A DNA stretch of 64,000 bases, from positions 128,001 to 192,000 of the forward strand of contig OZ244052.1 of assembly GCA_965215125.1 (NCBI GenBank). Reading direction: 5' to 3'. This stretch comes from an uncultured candidatus Porisulfidus sp. Its GTDB lineage: Bacteria > Pseudomonadota > Gammaproteobacteria > Poriferisulfidales > Oxydemutatoraceae. The stretch's first letter is position 1, and the number at the start of each line of letters is the position of its first letter. Both the position numbers and the translations under genes were made by a program. Positions 10,301 through 25,300 of the stretch are shown here, piece after piece. The notes beneath the pieces were generated by a model that was given only the letters and a program-made list of their open reading frames with translations, did not search any database and was not told where the DNA came from.

Positions 10301-13300
10301 GAGCGCATAACTATTGACAACCGATAACCCTTGACTCATCCTTCCGACTAAACCGCCGTGAGCAGTACCGCTACCACCTTCTACATCACCGGCTGCATGG
10401 CTATTGGTGATATCACTGCTTACAGAATTTACGAAATCACCGACCAAACCACCGACACTGCTATTTCCCGTCACATTACCGATAGCATAGCTATTGTTAA
10501 TTCCTCCGGCACTAGCAAATCCTACCAAACCACCGACCCGACTCAGTCCGCTTACATCGCCGGTGGCATAACTACCTAGGATCCTCCCGCTGGAATTACC
10601 TACCAAACCACCGATTGCTTCATCGGTTCCCGATATTGTGCAATTTGCCGAGCTGTCTCTAACCGTCGAGAATACGGATAACGTACCGACCAAACAACCG
10701 CCATTGAAATCACTTGCAACCGTACCGCTTAGTATATGGCTATCGCTTATGTTACTACCTCTGAATGAACCGACTAATGCACCTGTGTTAAGGGCTCCGG
10801 CTACAGCCACTCCGGCTAAGCGAACTTGCCTGATCTCCGTAGCCCCTTCGGGCACGCGACCGAACAAACCGATATTGGTTGTGGTGCTTGTTATGCTCAA
10901 ATTAGAAATCGTATACCCGTTGCCGTCAAAAACAGCCGTGAAGTCGTCAATCGGATCCCAGTTATCCCATTCGCCGACATCGGCGGCGGCATCGCTATAA
11001 CCGGCAAGATCGTCGAAATCCAAGTCTCTCGTCAACTCATAACCTCGGCATGCGGACGGGCTACCGGGACAGCCGTTGTTATTCGGGGTAGCATCGGCAC
11101 TCGCTCTATAAGCAGTGCCGTCCGGCTGATAGCGGATGGCATTTAATTGCTCTATAAAAAAGATCTCTATCAAGCCGTTTCCGTCCGCATCCACCGTCCG
11201 TATCGCGTCATACGGTGGTGCAGCAGAGACGGCGGTGTTGGAATAGCCTTGTCCGTCGGTATAGCTAACCGACAGCAGGTACTGCTCGCCGAGTGCCTCG
11301 GCAAGCACTTTATAACTTGCCGTCGTCGCACCGGAAATATCAACCACTCTGCCACTGACTTCGCGTTGCCACTGATACCGGATATTGGTAAAGGGACCGC
11401 CGTCTGCATCGCTGATTTGCGAGGCAAAAAGAACATTATCCATCCAGTAGGGCGCGGCGATTTCACCGTCGCTATCGGTCTTGACCAGATTTATCGTTAT
11501 ATCCCTATGCACAGAAACATTGCGATTATTTCTCTTTGCGACCTCCAGTCTGAACACCGCTTGCCCGTTATCGGTAGCTCCAGGAAGCAAATCGTCTCGC
11601 ACCCTCAAGCTAAACCTCCGCCGCTCGCCCGCTGCCGACAGAAGTTCGGGACCGCTCGTTTGGCTCCATGTATAAACCAGCGATGCATTGTCTGCCGAAA
11701 AACTGTTTGCTGCATCCAAGCGTAGCGTATCTCCCTCGCTCAGCGTAATGATGTCTTGTGCATTGAGCACCGACAAAGCATCCTCGTTGCGCGCATATCT
11801 GATTACCGCCTGTGGCAAAACATCGTCGGTCGCCGTAGGTAGCGGTGCCGAACGTTCAAATGTCGGTTGCGTACGAGGCTGCCCGGGCAACATCGCCCCA
11901 CACCTCGGCAGCGATGTCGCAGTGTCAAAATCGCAAGCCGGGTCGTCTCGATCCACACCTTCGGTATATTTGAGTAATGCGTAGTGTGTGTTGTTGCCGA
12001 AATCCCAAATATCGGCATCCCAATCTTCATAGGTCGTGCAGCTTCCGGTATTAGGTGCCGAAGCCGTGTTGATCGCAACAGAACAGGTTTGAGATGCATT
12101 CGGTGCCGTAGGATTTGTTAGTCTACCCATCAATCTCCGGTTATCTACCAAGTCCGGCCGCGTCACCGCATATTCAAAGAAGTTTTGATTGCGGGCACAG
12201 ATATAAGGGTTTCCACGCCAATAGCTATTCGTCGGTACACCGACTGTGCTGTCGGGGTCGTAGTTCAACAAACCGGCTACATTGACCTGAATCGCGCCGT
12301 TGTTTGTCGTGACAATGCCTCTGGGGCTATAATTCGGCCGATTGCACTGAGGCACCGATATGCTCCCGATGCCTGCTACTGCCATTAGTGTCGTGTTCGG
12401 TGAGAACGCACCTTGTATATACGCTCTACCGTTGACATAACTATTCTCGATGATTGACCTGCCGTTAAGATGTACACCGACCAAGCCGGCGATATACGGC
12501 GTGGTGCATGAGATACCGCCGAGCTGCACAATGCTACCATCTCGCACATAACTATTTTTAATCTCGCTGACCGCATCGGAGGTGTCGGTTTCTTGCGACC
12601 CGACCAGACCCCCGACTACGCAATGCCCGACTATCGTACGTCCTCCTTCTCCATAATAGCTATTGTGGATCCTCCCGCCGTTGCGATTCCTACCGACCAA
12701 GCCACCGACATTGATATTGCCGTTATTCGATATATTACCGTCGGAGTCCTGTACACTCACATCGATATTTACATAACTGTTGAGTATATAACCCTCGTTG
12801 ACACCGACCAAACCGCCCAACATTCCCCTATCGGCACGGATCAGCGGGTTATCTACGGGAGCGGTGCCTCTGTCCACATAGCTATTTCGGACCACACCGC
12901 CGCGGCGCACCAAACCGGCGATACCGCCCACATTTTTAATCCCTGCCAAGCCTTTAATGCCGGGATTGCTAAGACCCAAATTTTCAATTTTCCCGCCCTC
13001 ACCGATCTCGGAAAACAAACCGATATTGACTTGCGTGCCGGCACTACTGCGGCTTATGTTCAGGCGGCTGATAGTATGACCGTTACCGTTGAATGTTGCG
13101 TTGAATACGCCGCCTATCGACTGCCAGCCTTGACTACTCGGATCGGTGAATGTACCGTCGGCTACCGTCCAGCTGTTATTCGTCACACCCGAGCGATAAC
13201 TCGTAGCGTCGTGGAAATTCAAGTTTCTAGTTAATTCGTAGCCGAAGCATCCGAGGCTCGGACAACCGCGAGTATCCAGATTGCCGTCCTCGGTTCTCCT

Positions 13301-16300
13301 ATAGCCGCTGCCATCCGGTTGATAGCGAATGGCATCCAAATCTTCCAAATACCGAACCTCTATCAAACCGTCGCCATCAAAGTCTATGTCCTCGGCGTTG
13401 ACGATGGAATCACCGTCTATATCGTCGGAGGCAGGCGTTGCGTCGACGGTAACGATACCGGATACGACCGCGTCGCCGAGATAACCTTGACCGTCGGTGT
13501 AGAAAGCAACAAGACGGTATTGATACACTATCGCCTCGTTGGGTACCGTATACTCCATGCCGCTACTCGTCAAATCTACATTAACCCAATCGCCGCCCGG
13601 AGGACGTCGCTGGAACTGTCTCTCGGTATTGCTAAGCGCGCTACCGTCGATGTCGCGCAGCATCTCGCTCACGGTAATTTTGTCGTTATTCAGTGCCAGT
13701 GTAATATCTCCCGTTATCGGTCCGTTATTCACTTTGTTGATACGCGCCGATATTTCTGTGCCGAGATAAACTTGAGGGTTGCCGTTATCGTCGTCAACCG
13801 AGACTGCCAACCTAAACCGCACATCGCTGTGTTCGTCATCCGCAGCGACTAGATCGGCTTGCGGTGTCAATTTAAGGTTCAAGCTGTCGGCATCGGCAAT
13901 GTCCATGGTCGGGCCGGCGATTTGCGACCAGACGATATCCGAGCTGCCGGAATAGTTTCCGCTGATCGTAAAGGTATCGCCTTCGTTCAGGTTTATTGAG
14001 GCAACATTATCCAGACTTAGATCTTCACGAACCACATCAAAATAATATTCCATAAACCGATTGCCGTCGCGGATCTCCAGTGTGATTACTTGTGGACTGT
14101 TATCACCCAAAGTAATCGTATTGAAACCGGCAAAAGGACATCGCACACCGTCGCAATAGAGTGCGGCAAAAGTCGGTGTGGTGGCAAACCTAAGCGAAAG
14201 CGGCAGCCGGCTACTATCTGCATAGAGTCTGTATCTATTGCCATCTCTATAACGAAAGTCCTCGGTTATTGCGTTTGTTCGAGCTATCGCGACATTTTCT
14301 ACGCGTATACTTTCCAGTAGCGAGTCGTCCCATATCCGTGCTACGATGCGGCTGTCTGTCGTCTTCAGCGTCGGGTATTGTTTATCGGAACCGAAATCCC
14401 AATCGTCGGGATTCCAATTCGCATAAATATCGGTTGGTGATGTCGTCCCTTGCAACACTGCGGTGGTCCGACCAAGACCGAGGGGAGACAATCCGACATT
14501 GAGGTCCTGATCCCAATAGCTGTCCGTAACCGAAACGAGACCGGATGTCCAACCGACCAGGCCTAAAACGCTCACAACATCACCCGACCGGCGACCCGCC
14601 GCATAGCTGTCGGCGATATTCGACAAATCTAGGAAGCCGACCAAACCGCCGAATCCCTCAAATCGTATGTCGCTGTCGCCTAGCACGCAGTTTTGATTTA
14701 ACTTTGTCACATTGACCCTCGCATAGCTGTTTTCTATAGTACTAATAGCTTCCGGGGTGTTACGGTTCAACGAGTTATGCGCTCCGACCAAGCCGCCGAC
14801 CTGACAGTGCCCGGTCACCGAACCGACCGCATAGCTGTTTTCAATCTTTGCGCCACGCACATTGCTACCGACCAAGCCGCCGATGATGTTCTGTAGCCTT
14901 TGCGGTCGGTCGGAGACCAGCGAATGAATATAGGCATGTGCGAAGCTATGGCTAATCTCGCCGCCGTTATTCAAACCAACCAAGCCGCCGATTTTAGCCG
15001 CCGCAGCGGCAGTGTTGGGGGTGAGTGATGCCAATATCGTGCTACCGCTCACGCCGACATCGGATATGCGCCCTCGATTCTCGCCTGCCAAGCTACCTTG
15101 ATTTACGGCAACCACATCGGTATTGCCGGAACCCAGCGTATCGTAAATCGTGACATTTCTCAATCGTAGATTCTCAACTTCGGCATCTGAACCTAAGGTG
15201 TGGAACAAACCGATCGCATCGATGCCGTGCACACCACGCAGACTCAGATGGCGAATGTTATGGTTGTTGCCTCTGAACACCGCTTCAAACGGGTTGTCCG
15301 CGTCCGCTATCGGATGCCAATTCTCCATCCACTCGGCATTTACTATCCCCGAGCGATAGCTTGCAGCGTCGCGGAAGTTCAAGTTTCGTGTCAGTTCGTA
15401 GCCGCTGCATCCGGACACGGTCGCGGTGTTCGGACACCCGGCGTCAATCGCCAATAGCGTGCCGTCGGGTAGCGTCAGGGTGTATGCACTGCCGTCCAAA
15501 CTATAGCGCATCGCATACAAGTCTTCCAAAGTCTCAATTTCTATCAAGCCGTCGCCGTCGGCGTCGGCTAAAATTCTATCGGTATCAAAGCTGAAATAAT
15601 CTATCTCCAGCGTATATCTAAAAGTGTCTCCGGCACTACTAACCAACACGACGATCGCATCGTCAACCGTCGGGTCCAGCACAACCGGATCGCTCGTTGC
15701 ACCGTCGGCAACACTTATTTGGTTTCCGTTATAGGAAATAGTAATCAACGCATCGGGATCCATCGCTTGTGGTATTAGACGCAGTGCTCCTGTCACGCCG
15801 ATATACGCATTGAGACGATAGTACAGTCTTAAATTTTCAAATTGCGGTGACAGCTGTACACCGCCTAAAATCTGTAGATCGCTCAAGCCTTGAACCGCCA
15901 CATTGCCACATGTCGGCTGTCCGACACCACCGCATGCCGGATTGGCGCGATCATCGCCCACCGCATACTTAAGCCGTGGATATTCGTTGTCGGTGCCGAA
16001 ATCCCACACCGCCGTATCCCAATTCGCATAGATACCGGTTGCAGTGATCGGTGTTTGCAGCTGTTTTGTAGTTTGACCGATACCGCCGGCACTTCGCATC
16101 AATCCGCCGGTCTCTATGTCCCAATAGCTATCGACGACCTCGCCCCCGGTAGTATCGCCGATCAAACCGCCGCTTCCGGGCACATCGCTCACCGAGCCGA
16201 TGGCATAGCTATTGCGGATGTCACCGACACGATTACCACCGACCAAACCACCGATGGCGCGTCCCGCTAAAACGGCACCGAGCGAGTATGTGTTTGTCAA

Positions 16301-19300
16301 TGTACCGAAATTCAAGCCCACCAAACCACCGACACCGTTGACACCCGTCACCCTACCCAGTGCGTAGCTTGCTAAAACCTCTGCGCCGACTGCGTTGCGA
16401 CCGAGTAGCGCACCGACACCGTCGACACCCGATACGTTCCCGACCGCATAGCTGTTGACTATACGCGCATCAATGTTGCTTCCGACCAAGCCACCGACAT
16501 CGTTGCCACCCGACACCGAACCGCTTGCATGGCTGTTATAAATCTTATCGGTGTTATAGCCGGCCAAGCCGCCGATATGTTGGCTTTCGCCGGTGTTCGT
16601 GGCGGAACCGATCACTACGACCTGGGCAGAACCCCCGTCGATCAAACCGTCGTTCTCACCTACCAAACCGCCGAGATATTCGTTGCCCGTCGCTTCGCCG
16701 GTAGCCCTGCTATTCACGATAGAACCACCTAAATTACGGCCGACCAAGCCACCTACACCGCTTTTGCCGGTGACCGATATCTCGGACAGCACAAGGTTGT
16801 GGATCTCGGCAGCGGCGTCCAAATACGAGAATAGTCCGACATTGTTGCGGTTCGGTGCGGTGATGTTCAAACCGGTAATCTCGTAGCCCGATGCTCGATT
16901 GCCGTCAAAAATTGCCGAGAAGCATCGGCTGTTTGCATCGCTACAATCGGATATTGACGATGCCGTACTTCCGATCGGCTGCCAATCGCGACCGGACAGG
17001 TCTATATCCGCAGCCAACTCGTAGCCGATACACCCCCCCGCAAACCGACAACCTGCGGTGATTTTTTCGGTTGCAGTAGAAGTTCTATAGCCTCTACCGT
17101 CGAGCTGATAGCGCATTGCGTTTAGGTCGGTACGGGTGCGTATTTCTATCAAGCCGTCGTTGTCCATATCCACATCGTTTATGTTTAGATTCGGGTGGCG
17201 GGAGGCAATAAAGGTATATGTGGTGCCTTCGCCGGTGTTCCTGAGGGAGACTTTAATCTCCACTGAGGTAGGGACACCGATACGCGGCGTGACGGTGCCG
17301 CTGTCAAAGCGGCCCAAATTGTTATCATCTACCGATAAGCGATAGGGAGTGCCGCTATAGTAGGTCGGCGTGGTGTGGAATTGCGTTGCCTCGGCTTTGA
17401 GTATTAGCTTATAGTTATAGATTTGCGAGTTCAGTGCCGGTATCAGCTGCAAAACATCGTCCGAGAAAGCCAAATCTTCTAAGCCGAGGTATTGTTCGGG
17501 CAATAATTCGCCGCAAATCGGCAATCGTGACGACGAATCGGAAGCCGAACGGCATGCCGCAAGGCTAACAATCGCACTGGTGGCAGTAGTGTATTTGAGC
17601 CGCGGATACTGTAGCGAAGTGCCGAAATCCCATGCCTCGGGATTCCAATTTGAATATATCCCGATTGCAGTGGTCTCCGATTGCAGTTGCATAGTGGTTC
17701 TAATCGTTCCGATGCCACCGCCGTTGCGGACCCCGCTGGTATTCTCATCCCAATAGCTCTGCGTATTAAATACAACCGGGTCGGGTAAATTGATACGACG
17801 TGCCAAGCCTAATCCGCCCATCGAGTTATTCGCACCGATTGCATAACTATTTAGAATGTTTGCGATCCTTCCGGCGGTGTCGGGCGTATCGACGAATCCG
17901 ACTAAACCGCTGCCTAAGTTGCCGTTAATCGTTCCCACCGCATAACTATCGGTGATGAGCGGCGTGGTGGTACGACCCAGTAAGTCACCCGGGGTATCTA
18001 GCGTCCGTCCGACCAAACCGCCGGCGTATCGGGCAACCGCATAAACCGCACCGGCTGCATAGCTACCATCGATAATTCCTCGGTGGGTGTCGGTGCTCGC
18101 TAAAAAACCGACCAAGCCACCGGCATAGCGATTTGCGCGCACCGAGACATTGGCATAGCTACCGACGATTACACCACGATGAACCCCGACCAAGCCACCA
18201 CCGTGATCGCCGGAAGCACGCACCGTGCCGGTCGCATGGCTGTTGACGATTTCGCCTACACCTTGCGCCTCACCGACCAAGACCCCGACATTGCCGGCTC
18301 CGATAAGTTCTGCATTCAACACACCGATACCTCTAATCGTCGTTGCGGAGGTTACCCCGAACAAGCCGAGGTCGTCGGCATCGGGACGATTGATTCTCAG
18401 GTGAGATATCGTATACCCGTCGGCGACGAACTCGGCAGTGAACGGATTCTCGGCATCGCCGATCGGTTGCCATCCTTCGCCTCTGACCCACAACGGCATC
18501 GCCTGCCGTGCATCTACATAACTCGCAGCATCGAGGAAATCCAAATCTCGGATCAATTCGTAGCCACGGCAACCCTCGGCGGGACACCCACTGTTTATCT
18601 TGATCGGGGGTGTGTTTGTCTCTATCGCATAGCTATATCCGCTACCGTCCAAGCCGTGTCGTATCGCGTCCAGCCATTCCAAAGAATCTATTTCTATCAA
18701 ACCGTCGCCGTCTTCGTCGGCGAGGTTGACACCGTCCAGACGACCCACCAAGGGCAGACGCTCGACGACGACACGATATTCAAAGCGATAATTCGGCCCG
18801 CGACTGACGACCATAACAATCTCGGTATCGGCATCGACGTTCAACACCACCTCTGCAAGGTTGCCACCTTCCAGTACTAGCGGTGGTAAATCGTTATCGG
18901 CTGTAATCTCAATATCCGAGGCAAAACCCGAAGCATCGGTTGCAGTCGTAGCCAAACGCAGACGGGGTGTGTCGGAATACACCAGCACGCGATAGTCGGA
19001 TATATTTCGATCGAAGTTCGGAGACAGTGCAAAATCATCCAATACCGAAAATTCTATATCTATATGTTGCAGATAGTCCTCTATTTTCCAACTGATCGTA
19101 TAGGTACGGCTGGTGCTACCGGAGTCTACCGTGAGGCTTGCCGAGTCAACGCTTTCGCCACCGTACGGGTATATCTCCGGGGTACGGGTGTTATCGGCAA
19201 TGATCTGTTCGGTGTTGCCGGCCCGATAGGTGACGGTGTCGGTGTGGTAATAAGCGGTCGGCGTGGTATGGAACACGGTGATCGTATTGCCTGTCACCAA

Positions 19301-22300
19301 ACGATACGATGTCACATCGGAGCTGAATTCCGGCACCAGACTTACGCCGGTGGGTAATTCCAGCCCGATCAAGCCGCGACGGTTCTGATACGGCACCAAT
19401 GCGCCACAGTAGGGCGGGTCCGACCGATCCCTAAGCAAACGGTCGCGGCAAACGACCGCACGGTCGGCTTCCGGCAACCCTGCCGAAACCAGCGTATCGC
19501 AGCTTTGCAGTTGGGTATCGGTCGGCTCGGTGCACAAACCGACACCGTGATACAGCACCATCGGATATTGGTCGGCACTGCCGAAATGCCATCGCTCGGT
19601 ATCCCATCGAAAATAAACGACATTGGCACTACTATTTTGCGCCGTACCGGATTGCAATTCCACAGTCGTTTTGGCCGAACCACCGGCACTCACGGTTCCG
19701 GGTGAGACGGTATCCCGATCCCAATAGCTATTTAGAACCCGGGAATTATTATGCGCAGTGTTTATTAAAACTCCGCTCGTATAGCTGTTATTGATTAGAC
19801 CGGAGTTGGTGTAGACGAGACTGTCATCGGCGGTGTCGGCATCAGGAGGAATATGCGCATAACTATTGTCTACAACGCCCTCGGCATTATTAACCGAAGA
19901 CAAACCAACCGAAGATCCTAATGAGCCTCGATTAACAATCGTTGCAAAACTACCGCGAATAGTACCATTATTGGTGTGTACTAAAGCCGATGACCTTACA
20001 TTAGGTCTAAGATTATTTATATCACCGCCTGCCACACCGCTATTGACGATGCGACCGTGGTTTTGATGAACCAAAGCACCGAGGGTGCCGGCTTGTCCAT
20101 TGCTAAGGAAGGCATTTTCGGTGCGAGCATTGAAGATCGTACCGTAGTTGACGGTTGCCAAAGTAGCAATTCTGGCAATAGTTTGTCTATCCGAGCTAAG
20201 AAAACGAGCAGTTACATTTCTCAGATGAATATCTTCTATCCTTGCATCCGCACCCAGAGTTCCGAAAAACCCTATATCCTCCGAGGAAGGTCGGAGCATA
20301 GTCAGGTTGGATATCACATAGCCGTTGCCTTTGAAACGACCGTTGAAGCGTGCGGTATCGCTGCCTATGGATTGCCAGTCAATACCCGTCAAATCTATAT
20401 CGGCTGTCAACTCATAACCGCGACAGCCGATACGGCAATAAACCCGAGTACTAGTACTGCTTGCCCTATAAAAACGACCGTCCAAGCCATAGCGCATCGC
20501 ATTCAACTGTTCGGGGGTGGCAACATCTATCAGACCGTCGTTGCCGTCTATATCGGCAAAGTTTATCTGTTCACTCAGGCGCGAGACGCCGAAGCGGTAG
20601 CGATACGATCTGCGATCCTCGCCTTCTTCTACGACCACATCCAATAGCGTATCACCGACGGTGTCCAATGCAATCAGTGGTGTCGCAACGCCGCTTTTCA
20701 CTCTGAGCACTTCGGCATCGGTGGTCGTTTTATAGACCACAATATCGGCATTCGGAGCAAAAGCCTCGGCAACAAAGCGTAGACCTTGCCGGTCGGCACC
20801 GACCACAATCTCGTAATCGTTGAATGTCGCAAAATCAAAAGGTCGGCTAAGACCGGCATTCCCGAGTAGCTCGAAACGCTTCATCAAGCTCCCCTGATAC
20901 GGGAGTATCTTGCCGCACAACGGGTTGTCGTGTTGCTCGCTTCGACATTCCTCGGCGTTGTACTTGATCACCGGAGATTGACCGGCACCACCGAAATCCC
21001 AATCGTCGGCATCCCAATCGGCAAAAATATCGGTCATAGCTGTTCCCCGCAACTCGGCACCGCTCCTCGCTCGACTTGCCGGCACATCAACCATCGCAAT
21101 GTCGCGATCAAAATAGCTGTTTGCTATAATCCCGAGGCTATTACTCAAGTTTCCTTGCGCCACGCCCGCTCTGGTCATCAACATAGAGGCATAGCTATTG
21201 CCGATGTTCAAACTTCGTGCAGGGTTCGCTCCTAACATCGCGGTATTTGTCAATTCACTTTCGATCATTGTTTCGATTCTTCCGATCGCACGGCTGTTTT
21301 TGATTGATTCACTACCATCGGAATCGGCACCGGCCTGCACCAATCCATAAATATGAGTGACACGCGTTCGGTCAAGACTTAATGATCTCAAAGTACCGAT
21401 AAAATAGCTATTACTTAGTGAAGACCTGTCAAAATTATGTGCAAAAGGAGCTATGGTAGGTTCATTACCTACGCCGCTTAGCTCCCCGATCACATAACTA
21501 TTACGGATCGTGCTTCTCGTTAAACGGCTTGCCATTGCCACTGCCGTTCTTGCGTTTATATCCACATTGACTAAACCCAAACCGTCTATATCGGAGTTCA
21601 AAACATTATGAAAAAGTCCACGGGCGACATTCTCGTTGGTAAATCTTAAATTGGATATCGCATAGCCGTTGCCTTTGAATACGGCATTCGCTATGCTATT
21701 CAGACCCCAGCTCTGAACAGACCAAAACGGCCTATTCGTGGCCGGATCTCGGTAGCTGGCAGGGTCGTTGAAATCTAGGTCTCGCATCAATTCGTAGCCA
21801 CGGCATACACCACCCGGACAACCTAAGGTATTGAGTTCACCTCCTACTCTATAACCTACCTCGCCGCTGTCAAAATTGAAACGCACCATTGCCACATCTT
21901 CCAGATAATGAAGGTCCACCAAGCCATCGTTGTCGGCATCTATCGGTGTCTCAAGCCGGTAATCCAAATAGACCGTATAGCGCACCGTGCGAGTGCCGTG
22001 AACCTCTATGTCGACTTCGGTGGTGCCGTCGGCGTTCAGAGGAATTACACCGCTCGGTGCATCGCTGTTAATATTCTCGGATATTGGCGTATCGCCGATA
22101 TAAACACTATAGGTGGCAGTCGCTTCGCGTGTCGTGGCAACCAGCTGCACGCGCGGCGTATCGTTTAGCACCGTGGTGCGATAAGCACCGCCGATATCCA
22201 GTAGTGCGTCGTCGAAGGGTTCGGTGAGCTGTGCGTAGCGGGCGGTGAGTGCGCTCAAGCCGTAGCGTGTTTTGGGGGCAATCAGGGTGCCGCACACCGG

Positions 22301-25300
22301 CAGCCGAGGCGATCTAGTGTCTCCGGCACTACGACACGCCGAGCGACCCAGCACATCGGTTGCCGCAGTGTATTTGAGCGTCGGGTATTGTTCGGCAGTG
22401 CCGAAATCCCAGTTGTCCTCGCGCCATCGGTAATAGACATCGGTGGGCGTGGTGCCCGGCTCGGTTGGTGCTCGCAACTGCTGCGAGGTTCCTTCAAATG
22501 CATTTATAAGACGCTCTATACCGGGATTTAAGATATTGGGATTAATATCATCTCTATAATAATTCGGCACGCTACTGGCAGAAGGTATCAGATTTGCAAC
22601 TGAATTAATAAATTCTGAATTTACTAATCCATCATTCAGAATAAGACTCCCATTTGCATAATTGGCATTAACTATCATCTCTTGCAAAAGTCCACCACCT
22701 ACAAATGAACCTGGGTTACTATTAGCAGATAGACCGATTAAATCACCCCGCGCATAGTTATTGCTGATATTATTCGCTTGTGGGCTTGAGCCCCCGAATG
22801 ATGAAAGTTCTTCTCCCACTGAACCGACAAATCCACCAGTACCGAAATAACTAGCGCGAGTTACTTCAGTATTATTGTTCGTAACCGAACCGACCGCAAA
22901 GCTGTTGAGTATCGTACAGCCGTTGCATCTGCCGAGGATGCCGCCGCCGTTGTAATTGAAAACCCGCACTGCGACACTGCTCCTGCTGTTGACGATGATG
23001 CCGGTATTTGCCGGCTCAGGGCTGCGATCGGCAAAGACGGGGGTGAAAAAACCGATATTGCCGACGAGACCGCCGACATTGATGTTTCCCCCTACGCGAC
23101 CGGTCGCATAGCTGTTGGCAATGCGCCCGCCGCCGCGCAGGTTGCCTGCTATCGCACCGACACGCGTGCCACCCGCTATGCGCACATCCGGCAAGCCGAG
23201 ATTGCGTACCGTACCGCGCTTGCCGAGAACACCCTCGCTGCCGATATTGCCGAATAAACCGACATAGTCTCTACCGTCGCGGTTGATCTGCAGATTGGAG
23301 ATTGCGTAGCCGTTGCCGTCGAACTCGGCGGTGAATCGTAGCCTTGGGGTGTTAATGCCGGGGGGCTGAAAACCGCCGCCTATCGGTGTCCAACCGGTGT
23401 CGGTGGTGACGGCAAAGTCGTGGACGACCCAGCTGCGATTTATCTCACCTGAGCGGTAGCTGTCCGCGTCGTTGAAATCCAAATCGCGCATCAATTCGTA
23501 GCCGCGGCAGACTCGGTTCGGACACCCTAAGACTCGCAGAGGGTCGTCGGCCGTCAATCTGTAGCCGACCTCCCCGCCGGCAAGATTGAGGCGTAGCATC
23601 GCAAGCTCTTCCAAATAGTTAATCTCTACGAGACCGTCGCGGTCGGCATCCACCGCCGGCAGCGGCGCAACCGGTTGATACTCCAGATAAAGGGTATAGC
23701 GCACCGTGCCGCTACCGTTGACCTCTACGACGACTTCGGTGATGCCGTCGCTGCGCAGGTCGATCGTGCCGCTGGGATCACCGCTGTCAATGCCGATACT
23801 CCCGAGTAACATGCTGCCGTTCACATAGATGGTGTAGGTGGCAGACGATTCCAAAGTCGTTGCGCGCAATGCAATTTGCGGCGCAATATTGCGCACCGTG
23901 CCGAAATACGCACTGCCGATATGGAGTGCATCGGCGTCAAACGGCGGATCCATCCCGGCATCGCCGAGCGGAACGAGTGATTCCAAGCCCCAGCGTAGTT
24001 TGGGGGCAATCAGGGTGCGGCACACCGGCAGGCGCGATGTGGGGTCTTTGGCACTGAGGCACGCCGGGCGACCCAACACATCGGTTGCCGAAGTGTGTTT
24101 GAGCGTCGGGTATTGCATGTCATTGCCGAAATCCCAGTTTTCCTCGCGCCATAAGTAATAGACACCTGTGGCTGTGGTACTCGGCTTGGTTGCCGCCCGC
24201 AACTGCTGCGCGGTTCTTTCAAATGCATTTATACCACGCTCTGAATTAAAATTATCTATGACATTGGGAGTGATATCATCTCCATAATAATTCGGCACGG
24301 TACTAGCACTGGGTATAGCATTTGGAATTGAAGAAATAAATACTGAAGGTTCTAATTCATCATTCAGAATAGTACGCCCGCTTGCATAATTGGCATTAAC
24401 TATCGCCTTCAACAAAACCCCACCACCTACAAATGTGCCTGGGTTAACTCTAACATCTTCAAAGATCAAATCACCTTGGGCATAGTTATTACCGATATTG
24501 ATCGCTTGGTCTGCATTGAAGCTATCTGCGCGTGTTTCCCCTATTTGACCGACAAATCCACCACTACCGAATAGAGTTAAAGGAGGTGGTGTACTGACAC
24601 GGTTCGTAACCGAACCGACCGCAAAGCTGTTCAGTATCGTACAGCCGTTGCATCTGCCGAGGATGCCGCCACCGTTGTAACCGAAGACTCGTACATCAAC
24701 ACTGCTCCTGCTATTGACGATGATACCTGCGTTCGCACCATCAGGTCTGGTATCGTTGGGTTCGGTGGTGAAAAAACCGATATTGCCGACCAGTCCGCCG
24801 ACATTCAGGGATCCGCCTACGCGACCGGTTGCATAGCTGTTGACAATGCGCCCACCCCCGCGCAGGTCGCCTGCTATCGCACCGACATGTCTCAAAGCAG
24901 TTATATTCACATTTGCCACACCCAGATTGCGCACCGCACCGTCGTTGTCAATAACACCGAATAAGCCGACAAAGTTGGTGGAAATGCGGTGAATCTGTAG
25001 ATCGTAGATTGTATAGCCGTTACCGTCAAACTCGCCGGTGAACGGCATCGTTTCATTGCCTATCGGCACCCAACCTAGCGGATCACTACCGAAGCGATTG
25101 AACTCTGCCACTCTCCAGTCTTGGTTTATCGCCCCCGAGAGATAGCTGTTCGGGTCGTCGAAATTGAGGTCGCGCATCAATTCGTATTTACCCGCCAAGG
25201 TGGTGGTGTCGGCAGCGATGGCATGCAGGTGATCGAGATAATAGATCTCGGTGAACCCGTCGCCGTCGCGGTCCGCCAGCATGCGATTTTCCAAGCGCAG